From: Eledone cirrhosa
Taxonomy: Eukaryota
DNA: 64,000 nucleotides
Reading direction: 5' to 3'
NCBI GenBank assembly: GCA_964016885.1
Contig: OZ024748.1
Coordinates: 17,360,001-17,424,000 of the forward strand
Numbering within the stretch: position 1 is the first letter of the stretch; the number at the start of each line of letters is the position of its first letter. A program made the position numbers and the translations under genes. The notes under the pieces are model-generated. The model saw only the letters and a program-made list of their open reading frames with translations. It searched no databases and had not been told where the DNA came from. Of this stretch, positions 57,579 through 64,000 are shown piece after piece.

Positions 57579-57680
57579 ATATATATATAGATATATGTAT
57601 ATATAGATATATATATGTATATATATATAAACATATATATATATATGTATGTATGTATATGTATGTATATATATGTATAT

Positions 57681-58365
57681 TTAAAGGTTAAACAAGGTTC
57701 GATGAATAAAGCGAAGAATTAGTTTTATAATAGATTGGAAGCACTCAACAGGAATGGTTTTCCGGAGTTATTAATATTCATTCAAAATATTAACAAAAAT
57801 AGAACTTCATCGTGTTCAAGTATATTTTAATATACATATTTCAGAGGTACTGAGCTAACTTCAACAGTACGACCTCATCAGATAAAATAACATGATGCAT
57901 GAGATACCCTGACTAGTAGATGGTTAACATCCAGTCATGGTAGTGAGTAAGATATGACAAAACTCAATATTTATATACCTTAAGATTGATAAAACTTACA
58001 TAAAATACATATAATACAAAGGGTGCGTGTAAGAAAGCTTAAAATTACATAACAGTAATTTACATAACTGTTAGAGATTCAGATATATTCAAGTATATAT
58101 ATAAAGATATTATCTGAATCTCTAACAGTTATGTAAATTACTGTTATGTATTTTTAAGCTTTCTTACATGCACCCTCTGTATTATATGTATTATATGTAA
58201 GTTTTATCAATCTTAAGGTATATAAATATTGAGTTTTGGCATATCTTACTCACTACCATGACTGGATCTTAACCATCTACTATGTCAGGGTATGTTATGC
58301 ATCATGTTATTTTACCTGATGAGGACGTACTGTTGAAGTTAGCTCAGTACCTCTGAAATATGTAT
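57681..58365. mobile_element. Fold-back HHR element with ~250-bp inverted arms
   Basis: Arms 57833-58084 / 58112-58365; cores at 57875-57881 (-) and 58316-58322 (+). Confidence 0.85.
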
Positions 58366-58387
58366 TCACACTCCTCAATGCTCCACA

Positions 58388-58984
58388 CTCCCCATACTAT
58401 CCACTAACCATACACTATCTCATATAGTTTCTCATACCCACTATCATTTCTTCTATACTTTATTCACCTTTTATTCATATCTATTCCACTCTCTCTCATC
58501 TTTTCCACTCTCCTATTCCTTGTCCAATGTTGTCCACACTTTGTAATATTTCCTTCACACAACACCTATTTATCAAATTCCCCTTCACAACTACTGTAAT
58601 CCCACTCCTAACACTTTAATGTTCTTCTGGAACATATGTATATATATATATGTGTGTCCTACATATTTTGCCCTATATTTTATCATTTTATCATCGATAA
58701 CATGTCTTCTTTAATATTTGTTACATTCCTCAAACTTTCTCAACATTCACTAAACTATATAATTATTAATTTCAGCCTCTCTTCACTAGCCTCTAGTGTT
58801 TTCATCATATTGTTCATATACTGTCATCTTTCTGACATTCTATGTCATTAGATTTCATAGAGAATTATGTTGATTTTCTTTCTCAACTCCACACAAAGGT
58901 TGCAACAGCTTAACCCTTTTACAGTTTGTAAAACATGTTACAAGTGAGCAGGTGTTCTCTCCAATGAAGAAATACATCTAGAAA
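58388..58984 (-). repeat. Inverted copy of 52731-53342
   Basis: Reverse-complement match. Confidence 0.9.
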
Positions 58985-59607
58985 TTCTTGGATTATACAA
59001 TATATAATAATAATGATAATAATAATAGTAATAATAATATTAATAATATGAAAACAGAAACAGTTTATATAATAATGTGAGCTCTAGGAACACAGACATA
59101 TACATAACAATATCACAAAGACTTACAAATATATACAGCATACAGAAAATAACACTACCAGACACTGCATGCAATGTTACAAAGAGTCTTCACAATACAA
59201 TAGAAACATGACCACAAAAAACCACTCTGCACATACCCATGAGGCAGAGAGCTGTGCTCAGTAATGCAATGACAACATGCAGTAAATACAACAACATTGT
59301 CGTCATTGGGGTGGTAGGCATAGTCTCTAAATACCTTATGTTTTCCATCAAAAGTTTTGAGATCCTTGGCTTTATAAGTACTAGTCAAATTTCTACTATT
59401 ACTAACACTGCCAAAATCCTACACAATATATTGAGCCTCTGAGATCAGAGACTGCTCTCACAGCAATTAATATGCTTCACCTAGCAACCAATTGATAGAA
59501 CCCCCACCCCACCACCCCCACCAGAAAAAAAATATTATTTTACTGTCATTGTTCCTAGTTTATGAAACATACCAAGAGTTTCATTTATTTATGTTAAAAA
59601 CTAATTA

Positions 59608-59825
59608 GTAGATTGTCAGAATTGGTAAAGCATCAGATAAAAATGTCCTTGTGATATTTGTTCAGCCTTTTTACATTCTGAATTCAAATCCCACAGAGGT
59701 CAACTTTGTCTTTCATCCTTTCAGAGTTGATTCAATAAAAGTACCAGTCAAATACTGAGGAGGCCAGTTCAATCAACTTTGCCCTCATCCCGTATATGCT
59801 GGCCTTCTACCTGAAGTAGAACTTA
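59608..59825 (+). mobile_element. Diverged Meta-type SINE
   Basis: ttcaaatcccacagaggtcaactttgtctttcatcctttcag...aagtaccag. Confidence 0.7.
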
Positions 59826-60021
59826 GTTTTATTAAAGCCACTATATTGGTATATATAGTTCTGTTTTTATGATAAGTTGTGATTTGAGGGTAAATTTGGC
59901 TATTATTTCTAGTACATTCTCACTCCTCTTCCTTCAAAAGTGCCATGGGAATCCTTTTAGTAAAGTTACTATATGTTTCATGAAGTTAAGCTGAGCAATG
60001 CTTTTGGTCTCCCCAAAACAG

Positions 60022-60910
60022 CCACCATAATCATCTCCACCACCACCACCACCACCATCACCACCACCTCCACCACCACCATCACCACCACCTCCACCAT
60101 CAACGCCTTCACTATCACCTCCACCACCATCATCATCATCATCTCCACCACCACCATCACCACCACCTCCACCACCTTCACTATCACCTCACCACCATCA
60201 TCATCATCTCCACCACCACCACCATCATCACCTCCACCACCACCATTATCATCTCCACCACCACCATCATCACCTCCACCACCACCATCATCACCTCCAC
60301 CACCACCATCATCACCTCCACCACCACCATCATCACCTCCACCACCACCATCACCACCATCACCTCCACCTCCACCATCATCACCACTTCCACCATCACC
60401 ACCACCTCCACCATCACCACCACCACTATCACCACCACCATTATCACCTCCACCACCATCACCTCTACCACCATCATCACCACCACCATCACCACCACCT
60501 CCACCACCACCTCCACCATCACCATCACCACCATCACTATCACCTCCACCACCACCATCACCTCCACCACCAACAACAACATCAACAATAACAACAAAAC
60601 CAAGAACAATCCACACTTCCGCCAATACAACAAGTACAAACACCACAACTACAACAGTTAAATCAATCACAAGATGGAGGATGATGATGATGATGGGAAA
60701 GAAGATGATCAACAACAATAGCATCACTAGCAACATCACAACAACACTAACACCACTAACAACAACAGCATCACTAACAACACTAGCAACAATAACAACA
60801 ACAACACTAACAACAACAACAACAACATCACAGCAACCCGAACACCACTAACAACAATAACAACAGCACCACTAACAACAACAATAACAGCACTACTAAC
60901 AACAACAATT
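60022..60910. repeat. (CAC/CAT)n and (AAC)n low-complexity tract
   Basis: Direct reading. Confidence 0.9.
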
Positions 60911-61409
60911 GTATATTCACTATTGTTTCAATTGTATCATTTGCTATTTATACTATCCTCCTTTCATGAGTGAAATTATTTTGTTCTATCCCTGCTTCGG
61001 GTTAAACTGCCCCCTCTCTATTCACTCAATTCTATTACTAACAAAGCTATATAATCTAATCCATCCAAAAACAATGGTATTTTCACTCTGAGAAATTTCT
61101 AGAAGGTATCAGGCTTCTAGATGGCTCCATTATTCATTTGTCACTCTACAAATTGTTTTATATTATTTCAGAGGAAATTTGAAACATTCCTATAGAGTTT
61201 GTCTTTAACTTCATCTCTTTCCCTTCCATTCACCAGCAGGGATCTTTATTCAACTATTTCTGCATTTTGACCAAACAAACTCCTTCTAAATATAACACAA
61301 TATTAATAATTCAGTTATTTAACTAATATAATAAATACACAAATGCTCATATATATACAGTGTACGTCAATGAAATGTATACATACTTCAGGAAAAGATA
61401 TATATATAG

Positions 61410-61442
<33 letters not shown>

Positions 61443-61456
61443 TATAGATAGATAGA

Positions 61457-61540
61457 TACAGCATGTCCCCCAAAAATGCATATACATATTTATTAGAATA
61501 CTGTTGAAGTGTGTAAACATTCTTTGTGGGCATCTTGTAT
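61457..61540. mobile_element. Tc1/mariner-type small MITE
   Basis: Related to 2774-2876; TA-flanked imperfect TIRs. Confidence 0.5.
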
Positions 61541-62119
61541 ATATGTTAACAAAGCTTTTTCGAAGATCGAATTAAGGCACAAGTGTATTAGAATAATGAG
61601 AAAAACTCAATGCAAGGATAGTTGCTAAAGCAGCAAAATGCCGTCAATGACAGCGTTGGGTAAAATCTTACCTTAAAAGACAGAAATAAATGTCTAGAAG
61701 TGTGTTGGTCCAGAGAAGTGGTAGGTAGAGAGGAGGGGGAAGAAAATGGAGAAAATGTGAATGGATGAGACAAGATCACACTAACATCATATTATGTCAT
61801 CAGCCCTCATACCAGAATGTAGTTTCGCACAAATTAAATTAGAGGAGACTACAGATGTATACTTGATAAAACAAATAAATTAGATAAGACAGACAGATAG
61901 ATCAGAGGGAGAGAAGTAGGAAGTGTCCGTTCGACACCAAGTCGCAGCTAGAAAGGATAACAAGACCTAGAGCTGCAGAAGTGGCAGCAAGAGCGATATG
62001 TAGAAGGGGAAGAGAAGACAAGAAGCAGAAATAAGGAGAAGGGATATATATATATCAAAGGTACTCAAAATAGTCTCTTACAATAAAATAGCTCTAGGAA
62101 AGAGATTTTTCTGAGGCGT

Positions 62120-62328
62120 ATATTATAATTGAATATAAAAGAGAGATAAACACAGATATATACATATATGTGTTCAAATCGTAAGGGACCAGATTCATTA
62201 AGGCGAAAAAATACTAACTATGGACAATAGGGTTTGCCAGACTCAATTAGAGAGAGAAAGAGAGAACGATTTGAACACATATATGTATATATCTGTGTTT
62301 ATCTCTCTTTATATTCAATTATAATATA
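62120..62328. repeat. ~62-bp inverted arms in a (TA)n-flanked island
   Basis: 62121-62182 vs 62265-62326. Confidence 0.8.
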
Positions 62329-62342
62329 TATATATATATATA

Positions 62343-63233
62343 TGCAAAAGTTTTATTTAAAATTGTAGGGTTACAACGAGTAAATATTTTATAACTGATA
62401 TAAAAGCACTCAACAGGTTTTGGAGTAGGTTTACGATATTAAACAAATGGAAACTATATTTATAAAACCATATTTATTTCATTATATATATTTCAGGGAT
62501 ACCATATTAAAAATATGGTATGCCTTCCTCAGACAAAATACAATATATAAACCGTTTTATAAATAAATTTAACATACCTAGAACAGTGCAACTTCCATTT
62601 AAAAAGTTGATTTGGTAGTGAAAATGTTGAGGACATTTATATATCGGCTGTTTTTTAACTGTATCTCTCCCACCTCGTATGATAGATATTACTCGTTCTA
62701 CCTCTTTTCTCCCACCACATATATCTCTCTCTACCTCTCTTTATTTATCATATTTCTTTCCGTATCCTTAACACTATAACTAAATAAATAAATAAATAAA
62801 TAATTACAGTACCCCCTTCCCTCCTTAATATCTCATTTGTACCGTGATCATCTGTCTCCAAGCTGCCTATCATTTTTCACTCCCTCAATATATTTCTCTC
62901 TCCCATATCTCTTTCTCTCTATCTCGCTCTGTTGCTTTCTTTGCATACATCTCTTCATCTTCTTCTCTAACTGTCCTTAGCGCTATACACTTTCTTTCTT
63001 CTTCTCTTCTTTTTTTCTTCTTTTCTCTTCGTCCTTCTTTTTTAACTGTCCTCAACATTTTCACTACCAAATCAACTTTTTAAATGGAAGTTGCACCAAA
63101 TTTATTTATAAAACGGTTTATATATTGTATTTTGTCTGAGGAAGGCATACCATATTTTTAATATGGTATCCCTGAAATATATATAATGAAATAAATATGG
63201 TTTTATAAATATAGTTTCCATTTGTTTAATATC

Positions 63234-63235
<2 letters not shown>
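62343..63235. mobile_element. Fold-back HHR element (family of 5155/27049)
   Basis: Arms ~62433-62635 / 63046-63235; cores CTGAGGA at 62526-62532 (-) and 63136-63142 (+); helix II ataccatatt/aatatggtat. Confidence 0.85.
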
Positions 63236-63289
<54 letters not shown>

Positions 63290-63392
63290 AATACTGTCGG
63301 CCCTTGGCTACTATGTTTTCTATACCTTTCATATATATATATATATATTCATTGAATTATTCAACAGAACATGGAAGTTCATCTTTTGCATG

Positions 63393-63469
<77 letters not shown>

Positions 63470-63474
<5 letters not shown>

Positions 63475-63930
63475 TAAAAAAATAATGAATAAAACAATGA
63501 AACAGTTCCTTATATTAAACAAAAAAAGTTCATTATTTAACGATCGTTTCTAGGACATATATGTGTTAGAATTGGCATGCATATTCAAAAGATCTATGTA
63601 CAAAATTATACAAACTATCAAAGAGAATATGTGTGTGTTGGTATGTATATTCTCTTTGATAGTTTGTATAATTTTGTACATAGATCTTTTGAATATGCAT
63701 GCCAATTCTAACACATATATGTCCTAGAAACGATCGTTAAATAATGAACTTTTTTTGTTTAATATAAGGAACTGTTTCATTGTTTTATTCATTATTTTTT
63801 TTATATTTTATCTTGACTCTGTATTCCGTTTATCTTTCACCGAAAGTGATCTCTTCTTTCCATGATATCCGGATTACATTGAGTTCTTCATACGGATTGG
63901 ACACTACCGTAAACTTTTGGTAGATTTATC

Positions 63931-63933
<3 letters not shown>
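63470..63933. mobile_element. (TA)n-flanked fold-back element with ~155-bp inverted arms
   Basis: 63476-63630 vs 63647-63802; no HHR in the retained part. Confidence 0.7.
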
Positions 63934-63968
<35 letters not shown>

Positions 63969-64000
63969 TACTTAATTATTTATACAAGGTTTTTGCTTTT

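Overview
Very AT-rich, repeat-saturated animal DNA. The SINE families and (TA)n density resemble octopus/cephalopod genomes, which is an inference. No host gene exon could be supported, and nearly all listed ORFs are microsatellite translations. A 200-N gap lies at 41574-41773. Conventional content: tRNA-derived CORE-like and Meta-type SINEs, 3' ends of RTE-clade LINEs, small Tc1/mariner and piggyBac-like MITEs, minisatellites, and two decayed Penelope-like element (PLE) GIY-YIG coding fragments (49838-50710 +, 52169-52610 -). The main hidden signal is that the short 'unique' islands between (TA)n tracts are mostly non-coding elements carrying type I hammerhead ribozymes (HHRs). About 28 cores from more than a dozen unrelated families were read by eye. 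They typically show a partial fold-back whose junction falls at the ribozyme, and a GAG(Y)(R)CT motif about 45-68 nt from the (TA)n junction. They include a young 310-bp retrozyme-like tandem/inverted array (23891-25510) and an HHR with a ~97-nt branched helix II (56790-56913). All coordinates were counted manually and may be off by a few bases.
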